The notes beneath the pieces were generated by a model. That model did not search any database. It was not told the DNA's origin and saw only the letters and a list, made by a program, of their open reading frames with translations. Below are positions 1 through 10,385 of a DNA stretch of 35,877 nucleotides, piece after piece. The translations under genes and the position numbers were made by a program. Each line of letters opens with the position of its first letter. Position 1 is the first letter of the stretch. Source of the DNA: Chloroflexota bacterium (GTDB lineage Bacteria > Chloroflexota > Limnocylindria > Limnocylindrales > CSP1-4). The stretch covers positions 1-35,877 of the forward strand of contig JBJTJV010000024.1 of NCBI GenBank assembly GCA_046352645.1, in the 5' to 3' direction.

Positions 1-32
1 CCCCACCCCTGCAATCCGCGCCCCCCGGCGCC

Positions 33-80
33 GCGATACGGAAATCGTTATCGCTCCGTGCGATCGCCCGGTCGTACGCT
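33..80 (+). promoter_or_regulatory. Putative rhodopsin promoter: palindrome GCGATA-N10-TATCGC (33-54) and -10-like TACGCT (75-80)
   Basis: AT-richer palindrome in a very GC-rich background; TAnnnT hexamer; GGAGG at 103-107 before ATG 119. Confidence 0.4.
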
Positions 81-118
81 GTCCGCGGGAGTCGGGCGCA
101 AGGGAGGCAACGGTCCGA

Positions 119-907
119 ATGGGCCTGACACTGACGGCAGACCAGTTCAGCCTGGTCTACAACTTCTTCTCGCTGGCGATCGCCGCGATGGGCTCGGCGT
201 TCGTCTACTTCCTGCTGACGCGCACGAGCGTCCACGAGAAGTACCGGCTCGCGGTGACGATCTCGTCGCTCGTGGTGCTGGTGGCGTTCTACCACTACAT
301 GCGGATCTTCGATTCCTGGAACCACGCGTTCATCTACGACCCCCAGACCATGACCTACACGTCCGGCCTGCCGGGGACGACGCCCTTCAACGAGGGCTAC
401 CGCTACGTCGACTGGCTGATCACGGTGCCGCTGCTCCTCACGGAGCTCGTGCTCGTGCTCAAGCTGGACAGGATGCTCACGCGCTCGCTCCTGACCAAGC
501 TGATCATCGCCGCCGTCGCGATGATCGTCCTTGGCTACCCGGGCGAGATCTCGCCGACGACGGAGAAGCTCCTCGACTTCGGCCCGCGCGGCATCTGGGG
601 CATCCTCAGCACGATCCCGTTCCTCTACATCCTCTACGTCCTGTTCACCGAGCTCACGAAGGCGGCCAGCCGCCAGAGCGACGCGGTGAAGGACAAGATG
701 TTCTGGCTGCGGATCATCGTGGTGGCGACCTGGGGCTTCTACCCGATCGCCTACATCGTCCCGATGGTGATCGCCGACGCGGCGCTCGCCGAGGTGATCC
801 GCCAGGTGGGCTACTCGGTGGCGGACATCCTCGCCAAGCCGCTCTTCGGCCTCTTCATCGTGGGCATCGCGATGATCAAGTCCGAGGAGGAGAAGGCCGC
901 GGCCTGA
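119..907 (+). CDS. Microbial rhodopsin, xanthorhodopsin/actinorhodopsin-like light-driven proton pump (DTE motif)
   Basis: 7-TM pattern; helix C RYVDWLITVPLLLTE (D85/T89/E96 equivalents, Leu at the spectral-tuning site); helix B His (FYHY); helix G DILAK with retinal Lys; RGIWGILSTIPF in helix E. Confidence 0.95.
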   Translation: MGLTLTADQFSLVYNFFSLAIAAMGSAFVYFLLTRTSVHEKYRLAVTISSLVVLVAFYHYMRIFDSWNHAFIYDPQTMTYTSGLPGTTPFNEGYRYVDWLITVPLLLTELVLVLKLDRMLTRSLLTKLIIAAVAMIVLGYPGEISPTTEKLLDFGPRGIWGILSTIPFLYILYVLFTELTKAASRQSDAVKDKMFWLRIIVVATWGFYPIAYIVPMVIADAALAEVIRQVGYSVADILAKPLFGLFIVGIAMIKSEEEKAAA

Positions 908-923
908 CCGCGCCTCTCCCCGA

Positions 924-1002
924 CCCGGGTCCGCGGAAGCGGGCCCGGGACCGGATCCGACGACACGACGCGACCCCCGCCGGCCCATCCGGTGGGGGTC
1001 GC
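924..1002 (+). terminator. Two GC-rich hairpins after the rhodopsin stop (possible terminator or mRNA 3' stabiliser)
   Basis: cccgggtccgc-GGAA-gcgggcccggg (924-949) and gcgacccccgccgg-N5-ccggtgggggtcgc (970-1002); no U-tract. Confidence 0.45.
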
Positions 1003-1109
1003 TGCATGCCGGGGCCGCGCCGCGACCGCCCGCGGTCGGGACGACCGGCGCGCCCGGACGGTCCCCGCGGCCCTGCCGGCAGGCCGCGCGGCGGGTGTAC
1101 GGTCGCCCC

Positions 1110-3668
1110 GTGACCCACGCCGACGGCCCGCTCCCGATCGTCCGCGACCCGCACCTGCGGGGGGCGCCGGACGTGGCCGCGGAGCTCGGGGTGGACCCGG
1201 CGCGGGGCCTGGGTGCCGCGGACGTGGTCCGGCGCGCGGCTGCCGCCGGTCCCAACGCGCTCGAGGAGCACGGGGGCGAGCCGCTCTGGCGGATGCTCCT
1301 CGGGGCCCTGACCGAGCCGTTCGTCCTCATGCTCGCGGCCGCGGGGGTCCTCGCGGTCCTCGTGGGCGAGGAGCGCGACGGGTTCCTCGTCCTGCTCGGG
1401 CTGATCCCGATCGTGGGGGCGGATGTCGTCACGGAGTACCGCGGCGAGCGGGCGCTCGCGGCGCTCCGGGCAGCCTCGGCGCCCGTGGCGCGGGCACGGC
1501 GCGACGGGGCCGTCTCCCGGATCGCGGCCGCCGACCTGGTGCCCGGCGACATCGTGCTGCTCCAGGCAGGCGACGTCGTGCCGGCAGACGTGCGCCTCCT
1601 GCGCGCGGAGCGGCTGCAGGTCGACCGGAGCGTCCTCACCGGCGAATCGATCCCCGAGGATGGCGCGGTCGCGCCGGACGCGGAGGGGACGGCGCTCACC
1701 GGCAGGCGGGCGCTCGCCTGGGCGGGGACGAGCGTCGTCGGCGGGCGGGGCGAGGGCGTCGTCGTCGCGACCGGGCGGGCCACGGAGATCGGCCGGATCG
1801 CGGGGAGCCTCGCGACGCGGGAGCGGCGGCGCTCCCCCCTCCAGCGGGAGCTCGACCGGCTCGTCCGGATCCTCCTCGTCGTGGCGATCGGGCTCGTCGT
1901 CTTCAGCGCGGGGATGGGCTTCCTCCGCGGCCACCCGCTCGGCGAGAACGTCCTCGCGGGGATCTCCGCCGCGATCGCCGCGATCCCGGAGGAGCCACCC
2001 GTCCTCCTCGCCGTGATCCTCGGGCTCGGCGCGTATCGGCTGCTCCGGCGCGGCGTCCTCGTCCGGCGCCTGAACGCGGAGGAGACGCTCGGGGCGGTGG
2101 ACCTGATCGTCACGGACAAGACGGGGACGCTCACGCAGAACCGGCTCGTCGTCGCGTCCGTGCGCACGCCGGATGGCGCGGTCGCGGACCCCGCGGCACG
2201 GCTGCGCCACCTGGAGGACGCGCTCCGGGCGGAGGAGGACGCGTGGCCCGCGGAGGGGATCGTCGCGGGCTCCTTCACGCGCGCGCTCCGGGCGGCGATC
2301 GAGGAGGCGGGCGGCGTGACCGAGCTCGACCCGGCCGAGCTGATCGAGGGCGTGGAGGCGACCGGCGCGCTGCCGATCACGCGCACCCGCGCCCGCCGCG
2401 ATGGGGCGGAGGAGGAGCTCGCGCTCGGCGCACCGGAGATCGTCCTCGGCTGGGTGGCGGGGAACGGTGGCGGCGGGGACGGGCACGACCGCTGGCGGAC
2501 GCTCATCGAGGATTCGGCCGCGGCGGGGGAGCGGCTCGTCGCGCTCGCGCGGCGGGCGGATGGCGGCGCCTGGACGGTGCGTGCGCTCATCGGCTTCGCC
2601 GATCCGATCCGGCCGGGGATCCGCGAGGCGATGACCACCGCCCGGAGCGCGGGCATCGACGTGATCGTCGTCACCGGCGACCACCCGCGCACCGCGGCCG
2701 CGATCGCGCGCGAGGCGGGGCTCGTGGCGGACCGCGTCGTCACCGGCGAGGAGCTCGCGGGCTGGGACGACGCGCGGCTCGCCGCGGAGCTCGGGACGCT
2801 CCACGTCGTGGCGCGGAGCACGCCGGAGCAGAAGCTGCGGCTGGTGCGCGCGGCCCGTGCGCGGCGCCGGATCGTGGCGGTCACGGGCGACGGCGTGAAC
2901 GACGCGCCGGCGCTCCACGGCGCGGACGTGGCGGTCGCGATGGGCAGCGGCACCGCGGTCGCGCGGGAGGCCTCCGACCTCGTGCTCGGGGACGATTCGT
3001 TCGCCACCCTGCTCTACGGGCTCGCCGAGGGCCGCCGGATCGTGGACAACGTGCAGAAGGGCCTCGTCTTCCTCATCTCCACCCATGTCGCCTTCCTCGG
3101 CTTCATCCTCGTGAGCACGATCTTCGTGGCCGAGCGCCAGGTCCTCCTGCCGCTCCAGATCCTGTGGATGGAGCTGTTCATCGACCTGACGACCTCGATC
3201 GCCTTCGAGATGGAGCCCGCCGAGCCGGACCTGATGAAGCGCCCGCCCCGGCATGCGGAGCGGCCGCTCCTCACGAACGCGCTGCTCACCCGGCTGAGCG
3301 GTGCCGGGGCGTGGACCGCGCTCGGTGCTCTTCTCGTCGTGCTCACGCACGACGGCGGCTTCGACCACGCGGCGTGGGTGGCGTACACCACGCTCGTGGT
3401 GGGCCAGTGCGTCCGGGCGTACGCGAACCGCAGCCTCCACGCGCCCGTCCACCACCTGCGGCGGAACACGTTCCTCCTCGCGGCGTGCCTGGGCGCGGTG
3501 GCCATCCAGGTCGCGATCCCCGACGTCGGTCCGCTCGCGGACGCGTTCCGCGCCTCCCCCCTCGACGTGGCGGACTGGGCGCTCGTGCTCGCGATCGCGT
3601 TCGCGCCGGCCGTGCTCGCGGAGGTCATCCGGGCCCGCGGCCAGGGGCGCACGACCTGGGTCGCGTAG
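1110..3668 (+). CDS. Cation-transporting P-type ATPase (type II-like), atypical membrane site
   Basis: LTGES, DKTGTLT, TGD and GDGVNDAPAL motifs; start placed at GTG 1110, 6 nt after TACGGT (the ORF track starts at 1095). Confidence 0.92.
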   Translation: MTHADGPLPIVRDPHLRGAPDVAAELGVDPARGLGAADVVRRAAAAGPNALEEHGGEPLWRMLLGALTEPFVLMLAAAGVLAVLVGEERDGFLVLLGLIPIVGADVVTEYRGERALAALRAASAPVARARRDGAVSRIAAADLVPGDIVLLQAGDVVPADVRLLRAERLQVDRSVLTGESIPEDGAVAPDAEGTALTGRRALAWAGTSVVGGRGEGVVVATGRATEIGRIAGSLATRERRRSPLQRELDRLVRILLVVAIGLVVFSAGMGFLRGHPLGENVLAGISAAIAAIPEEPPVLLAVILGLGAYRLLRRGVLVRRLNAEETLGAVDLIVTDKTGTLTQNRLVVASVRTPDGAVADPAARLRHLEDALRAEEDAWPAEGIVAGSFTRALRAAIEEAGGVTELDPAELIEGVEATGALPITRTRARRDGAEEELALGAPEIVLGWVAGNGGGGDGHDRWRTLIEDSAAAGERLVALARRADGGAWTVRALIGFADPIRPGIREAMTTARSAGIDVIVVTGDHPRTAAAIAREAGLVADRVVTGEELAGWDDARLAAELGTLHVVARSTPEQKLRLVRAARARRRIVAVTGDGVNDAPALHGADVAVAMGSGTAVAREASDLVLGDDSFATLLYGLAEGRRIVDNVQKGLVFLISTHVAFLGFILVSTIFVAERQVLLPLQILWMELFIDLTTSIAFEMEPAEPDLMKRPPRHAERPLLTNALLTRLSGAGAWTALGALLVVLTHDGGFDHAAWVAYTTLVVGQCVRAYANRSLHAPVHHLRRNTFLLAACLGAVAIQVAIPDVGPLADAFRASPLDVADWALVLAIAFAPAVLAEVIRARGQGRTTWVA

Positions 3669-3745
3669 GCCGGCGCGAGGTCGGTCGATATACTCGGGCG
3701 CAGGGCGGGTGTGCAGGGCGCCCGCCGTCTGCCGGAGGGTCTCCC

Positions 3746-4654
3746 GTGTCCGTTCGCCCCATCCGCGCGGTCGCGCTCGCCGCGCTCGCCGCCGCTCTCG
3801 TCGCCCCGTCGGCGTCGCTCGCCGCCGACCCCACCGAGATGACGACGGACGCCGCGGCTGCCGAGTGGCGGTCGCTCTCCTGCCCGGGGAACCTCGCCGA
3901 GGTTGCCGTCCTGGACGCGGTCACCGCGGCCGGCATCGCGCCCGGCGACCCGCTGACGGACGAGCTGCGCGCCGCGTCGGCGACCTGGGCGGACCGCCTT
4001 GCGCACGCCGCCGTGCGGCTCACCTGGCCGGCGGCCCCGTGGCCGGCCGCGATCCGCGCGGATGTCGGGCGCGTCGCGGGGCTGGAGACCCTGGAGGCGG
4101 AGCGCGTCGGTGCGCTCGCCCGGGCGGGCTCGGTCTGGGCGGAGCCGCTGAGCGCGGACGAGGTCGCCTTCGAGACGGCCGCGGTGGACCGCATCCGGAC
4201 CGCGCTCGGCCTCCCGCTCGCGAGCGACTGCACGGACGCGGACGCGCCGCCCGCGGTCCTCTCGGCGGAGGAGGCGGCCGCCGCCTGGTTCGACGCGATC
4301 TGCCCCCTGAACGCGGTCGGGGCGGCGGTCGCGGACCATGCCTCGTCGCTCCCCGATCCGATGGCGCCGGACGACCTGCTCCGGCTCCACTTCGCGCGCT
4401 ACGCCGCCGCGTCCGGTCGCGCCGCCGACCTCCTCGCCCATCCCCTGACCCCGTGGCCGGCCGAGATCGCCGACGCGATCGACCGCCAGATCGGGTTCTT
4501 CGTCTGGCAGCGGTCGCTCTACGCGCAGCTCGCCCTCGCGGACGTCGCGATCGCGCCGGAGAGCGGCGAGGAGAGCGGCCGGAGCCGCGACGCCGCGGAC
4601 GCGATCCGGGCCGCGCTCGGGCTCGGCGAGCGGGGGACCGGCTGCCCGGCCTGA
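3746..4654 (+). CDS. Secreted hypothetical protein with two internally duplicated helical Cys-paired domains
   Basis: GGAGGG at 3734-3739 before GTG 3746; TATACT at 3689-3694; signal peptide (RPIRAVALAALAAALVAPSASLA); repeat unit W-x4-CPxN...PWPAxI...IRxALGL...C occurs twice. Confidence 0.75.
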   Translation: MSVRPIRAVALAALAAALVAPSASLAADPTEMTTDAAAAEWRSLSCPGNLAEVAVLDAVTAAGIAPGDPLTDELRAASATWADRLAHAAVRLTWPAAPWPAAIRADVGRVAGLETLEAERVGALARAGSVWAEPLSADEVAFETAAVDRIRTALGLPLASDCTDADAPPAVLSAEEAAAAWFDAICPLNAVGAAVADHASSLPDPMAPDDLLRLHFARYAAASGRAADLLAHPLTPWPAEIADAIDRQIGFFVWQRSLYAQLALADVAIAPESGEESGRSRDAADAIRAALGLGERGTGCPA

Positions 4655-4787
4655 CCGGAGGGGGCGGGGCCGAGATCCGCACGCGCCGGGGTCGCGCGCG
4701 CGACATCGCCACTGCCATACTTCAGCGCGGCTGCCGACCCGACGGATCCTCCGCGGGCGGATGCCGTCGGGAACGAGGGAGGAGATC

Positions 4788-5180
4788 GTGTCAAGACCGC
4801 TCGGGGTGACGCTGGCGGGGATCGTCCTCGGCATCAGCGGGATCATCCAGGTGATCGTCGGGCTCGAGCTCATGGCGATCATCAACATCGGGCTCGCCGG
4901 GACCACGCTCGGTGAGGCCGCGCGGGGCGCGGGCATCGGCCAGGTCGTCTCGGGTGTCGTGACCCTTGTCGTCGCGTACGGGATGCTCACGACCGCCGGC
5001 TGGGCGTGGCTCCTCACCGTCATCGTGATGATCGTGCGGATCGTCGCGGGTGCAATCGCGGTGATCAGCCTGGGAATCGGCACGAACCCGGGGATCCAGG
5101 CGGTCGTGGATATCGTCATCTCCGCGGTCATCCTCTGGTACTTCACCCGCCCGAACGTCAAGGCCGCGTTCGGCCGCTGA
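4788..5180 (+). CDS. Small four-TM membrane protein of unknown function
   Basis: GGAGG before GTG 4788; four hydrophobic segments; RPLGVT N-terminus and YFTRPNVKAAF C-terminus. Confidence 0.8.
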   Translation: MSRPLGVTLAGIVLGISGIIQVIVGLELMAIINIGLAGTTLGEAARGAGIGQVVSGVVTLVVAYGMLTTAGWAWLLTVIVMIVRIVAGAIAVISLGIGTNPGIQAVVDIVISAVILWYFTRPNVKAAFGR

Positions 5181-5183
5181 CCG

Positions 5184-6557
5184 GTGACGGAACGAGACCC
5201 GGTGCGGGCGCGTCCCGCACCGGGTCTCGTCGTCTGCGTCGTCGGCGGTGGCGCCGCCGGGATCCTCGCCGCGGTGGCGCTCGCCCGGCACCCGTCCCGG
5301 ACCGCGCGCCGGATCGTCGTCGTCGAGCCACGCCCCGAGCTCGGGACAGGGGTCGCGTACGGGACGCGCTCCCCCTCGCACCTCCTCAACGTGCGGGCGG
5401 CCGGGATGAGCGCCCTGCCGGACGTGCCCGCCGACTTCGTCGCCCGGTGCCGCGCCCACGGCATCACGGACGACCCGGCAGCGTTCGTGCCGCGCCACCA
5501 CTACCCGGCGTACCTGCGCGCGACGCTCGCGGATGCGGTGGTCGCCGCGGACGGGCGCGTGACGGTCGAGCACGTGCCGGTGCGCGCGCTGGGCGTGCGT
5601 ATGGGCGCCGGCGGCCGGCTGCGGATCGAGACGGACGATGGCGGCGCGATCGCAGCGGATCGGCTCCTCCTCGCGACCGGCCACGGGCAGCCGGGCTCCG
5701 GATGGCCGGACGACCCACGCGTCATCGCGGATCCGTGGTCCGCGGACGTGCTCGCGACGATCGGGCGGGAGGCGCGGGTGACGATCGTCGGGAGCGGGTT
5801 GACCGCGGTCGATGTCGTCCTCGCGCTCGATGACGCGGGTCACCGTGGGCCGGTGCGGCTCCTCTCGCGACACGGGCTCCTGCCGATGGCCCACGCCGCC
5901 GGTCCCGCCCTGCCTCGGCCCCCGGCCACGGGCCCGGACGATCCGTCGGCTGCGACGGTCCTGGGCATCCTCCGCGCGCTCCGGGTGGACGCCGCGATCG
6001 CGGACGACCCGCGGGCCACGGCCGACGCGCTCCGGCCGGCAACGGTCGCCCTCTGGCGCGGGCTTGGCGACACCGAGCGCCGACGCTTTCTCCGCCATGC
6101 CCTCCGTCACTGGGAGACGGTGCGCCACCGGATGGCGCCGGAGGTCGCCACGCGGATCGACGGGCTGCGAGCCGCGGGCCGGCTCCGCGTGGAGCGGGGG
6201 CGGGTCGTGGACCTCGCGGCCGGCCCCGACGGCGTGGTCGTCACGGTCTCGATGAGCGGCCGCGTGGGGGAGCACATCGCCGGGGTGGTCATCCGCGCCA
6301 CCGGCCCCAGCCCGGACCCGCACGACGACCCGCTCCTTGCGCGGCTGATCGCCGAGGGGTCGGCCCGTCCGCACCCGCTCGGGATCGGCCTGGACGTGGA
6401 GCCGGACGGCCGGATCCGCCGTGCCGACGGCAGCGCCTGGGCGACCGTCCGCGCCCTCGGGTCGCTGCGCAAGGGCGCGGAGTGGGAGTGCACCGCCGTC
6501 CCCGAGCTCCGGCTCCACGCCCGCGACGCCGCGGCGGCGATCCTCGGGGACGCGTAG
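5184..6557 (+). CDS. FAD/NAD(P)-binding oxidoreductase (YdhS-like)
   Basis: VVGGGAAG; GTGVAYGT...HLLNVRAAGMS; LATGH; second dinucleotide motif VGSGLTAVD; C-terminal WECTAVPELR. Confidence 0.85.
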   Translation: MTERDPVRARPAPGLVVCVVGGGAAGILAAVALARHPSRTARRIVVVEPRPELGTGVAYGTRSPSHLLNVRAAGMSALPDVPADFVARCRAHGITDDPAAFVPRHHYPAYLRATLADAVVAADGRVTVEHVPVRALGVRMGAGGRLRIETDDGGAIAADRLLLATGHGQPGSGWPDDPRVIADPWSADVLATIGREARVTIVGSGLTAVDVVLALDDAGHRGPVRLLSRHGLLPMAHAAGPALPRPPATGPDDPSAATVLGILRALRVDAAIADDPRATADALRPATVALWRGLGDTERRRFLRHALRHWETVRHRMAPEVATRIDGLRAAGRLRVERGRVVDLAAGPDGVVVTVSMSGRVGEHIAGVVIRATGPSPDPHDDPLLARLIAEGSARPHPLGIGLDVEPDGRIRRADGSAWATVRALGSLRKGAEWECTAVPELRLHARDAAAAILGDA

Positions 6558-6577
6558 CGCCGGTGCGCGGGCCGGCG

Positions 6578-6659
6578 ACCGCGGCACGCGGGCGCCGGAA
6601 GCGAGCTGCGTCGCGCTACCGCGGCACGCGGGCGCCTAAAGCGAGCTGCGTCCCGCGCT
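6578..6659. repeat. Two-copy ~40-bp imperfect tandem repeat between convergent genes
   Basis: accgcggcacgcgggcgccggaagcgagctgcgtcgcgct followed directly by accgcggcacgcgggcgcctaaagcgagctgcgtcccgcgct. Confidence 0.85.
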
Positions 6660-6668
6660 CGCGGCCGG

Positions 6669-8706
<2,038 letters not shown>

Positions 8707-8764
8707 GGCCCCATCCTAGCGGGCGCCCGCAAACGGTTCCGGCCCGGCGCGCGCCGCGCCGCGG

Positions 8765-9775
8765 TCAGTTGCGGCGGAGCGCCAGCAGGTCCGTGTCCAC
8801 CGCGAGCGGCCGGAGGTTCCGTGCGAGGAAGGTGATCTCGCGCTCCAGGTGCCGCTCGATGCGTCCGAGGCGCGCGATCGTGTCCGGGATCTCCAGCAGC
8901 GCCTGGCGGGCAGGGAGGTCGATCGCGATGAGGCCGGTGAGGAACCAGGAGACCGCGGTCGGGTCACCCTCGGCGATCAGACGCCGGGCGGAGGCGAGGA
9001 GGATCGCGCGGCGGAGCGCGAGGTCGTCGGCCGTGTCCGGGCTGCCGGGGGGCGGCGCGCCGGCACCGCCGGAGCCCGCGGCGCGGATGAGGCGGGCGGC
9101 GAGGGCGCGGACCGGGTCGTCCGGCGTCGCGTCCGCTGCGTCCGCTGCGTCCGCTGCGTCCGCATCGGCGTCGTCGTCGTCCGGGGCGTCGTCGTCCGCG
9201 CCGTCCGCGTCGAGGACGTCATCGGCGTCCGCGCCGGCCGGGCGGAGGGCGTCGCGCGCGTCGTCGGCGTCCGGCTCCGCGAGGCCGGTCGCGGCGCGGG
9301 TGTCGCCCTGCGCCGCCGCGCTCCCGGGGAGGACGACCCGCCGATCGCCCTCCTGGACGCGCGCGAGGTAGTCCAGGAAGCGCCGCCCGGTCCGGTCCGC
9401 GAGCGCCGCCGCGCCCTCCGCGCTCCCGCCGAGCGGGTCGTCGAGGTCCTCCACGATCCCGGTGAGCCACGCCTCGCGCGCGGCATCCAGCGCATGGACC
9501 CGGAACCGGCGCGTACCGATCGTGACGATGTCCATGCGCCCGTCCGCGTACCGCCCGACCTGACGGATCCGCGCCGCCGTGCCCACCTCGGCGATCCGGC
9601 CCGCGAGCGACCCGGTCTCCCGTCCCTCGCGGATGAGCACCACGCCGAAGGGCGCGTCCTCCTCCAGGCAGCGCCCGATCATCGCGCGGTAGCGCGGCTC
9701 GAAGATGTGGAGCGGCAACGCGATCCCCGGGCAGAGGACCGTGTGGAGCGGAAAGAGCGGGAGCGTGTACGTCAC
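8765..9775 (-). CDS. LON peptidase N-terminal (substrate-binding) domain protein with acidic insertion
   Basis: LPLFPL...LPLHIFEPRYRAMI...FGVV...VGTAARI...DGR...G.RRF and RQALLE; start placed at GTG 9775; no ATPase or protease domain. Confidence 0.85.
   Translation of the reverse strand: MTYTLPLFPLHTVLCPGIALPLHIFEPRYRAMIGRCLEEDAPFGVVLIREGRETGSLAGRIAEVGTAARIRQVGRYADGRMDIVTIGTRRFRVHALDAAREAWLTGIVEDLDDPLGGSAEGAAALADRTGRRFLDYLARVQEGDRRVVLPGSAAAQGDTRAATGLAEPDADDARDALRPAGADADDVLDADGADDDAPDDDDADADAADAADAADATPDDPVRALAARLIRAAGSGGAGAPPPGSPDTADDLALRRAILLASARRLIAEGDPTAVSWFLTGLIAIDLPARQALLEIPDTIARLGRIERHLEREITFLARNLRPLAVDTDLLALRRN
9129..9164. repeat. 4 x 9-bp in-frame tandem repeat (gcgtccgct) encoding DAA repeats
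   Basis: Visible directly inside the acidic insertion of the LON-N gene. Confidence 0.8.
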
Positions 9776-9845
9776 GGGCGCGGCCGGGAACGACGAAGGC
9801 GAGCCCCGGAGGACTCGCCTTCCATCGCGTGGGCGCGGGCGGGGC

Positions 9846-10253
9846 TCAGTGGCTGCAGCCGCCCGGGCTCCCTGCGCTCTCCGCGGTCCGGAAGCTGCTG
9901 CCACAGCCGCAGCCCGACACGGCGTTCGGGTTGTTCACCGTGAACCCCGCACCCATGAGGGTGTCGAGGTAGTCGATCTCCGAGCCGGTGAGGTACTGGG
10001 TGCTGTTCCGGTCGACGTAGACCTTGATGCCGCGGCTCTCGATCGTGACGTCCTCGGGCGTCGGCTGGTCCTCCAGCATCATCCCGTAGCGGAAGCCGGA
10101 GCAACCGCCGGAGTAGACGTAGACGCGCAGGCCGACGTTCGGGTTCGCCTCCTCGGCGGTCAGCTCGCGCAGCTTGCCCGCGGCGGCTTCGCTGAGGGAG
10201 ACGAGGGAGGTGGCCGGCGCGTCACCAAGGGTCTGCGGCTGGGACTCGATCAT
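9846..10253 (-). CDS. erpA: A-type Fe-S cluster carrier (ErpA/IscA/HesB family)
   Basis: [26 protein letters not shown]; AGGAGG RBS. Confidence 0.93.
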   Translation of the reverse strand: MIESQPQTLGDAPATSLVSLSEAAAGKLRELTAEEANPNVGLRVYVYSGGCSGFRYGMMLEDQPTPEDVTIESRGIKVYVDRNSTQYLTGSEIDYLDTLMGAGFTVNNPNAVSGCGCGSSFRTAESAGSPGGCSH

Positions 10254-10311
10254 GCGTGGCTGTCCTCCTGGACGGGAGCGGGAAGGCGCGGCACACGGCC
10301 GTGCCGGAAGG

Positions 10312-10342
10312 AAATCCTACGGCGGAGGTCGGAGTTCGGCAA
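10312..10342 (-). promoter_or_regulatory. sigma70-type erpA promoter (TTGCCG-17-TAGGAT) overlapped by a 25-bp imperfect palindrome resembling an Rrf2/IscR operator
   Basis: Minus strand reads ttgccg aactccgacctccgccg taggat; palindrome AACTCCGAC-N7-GTAGGATTT. Confidence 0.6.
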
Positions 10343-10385
10343 GACCCGTCCCTGCGCGCCGGTCGGCGCGACATCCGTGGCGGAC

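Noticed and set aside
992-4654. 1220-aa ORF as a single protein
   Set aside because: Only 3746-4654 looks coding (RBS, signal peptide); the rest is an off-frame shadow of the ATPase
6578-6659. Possible CRISPR remnant
   Set aside because: Two abutting copies with no spacer and no cas genes
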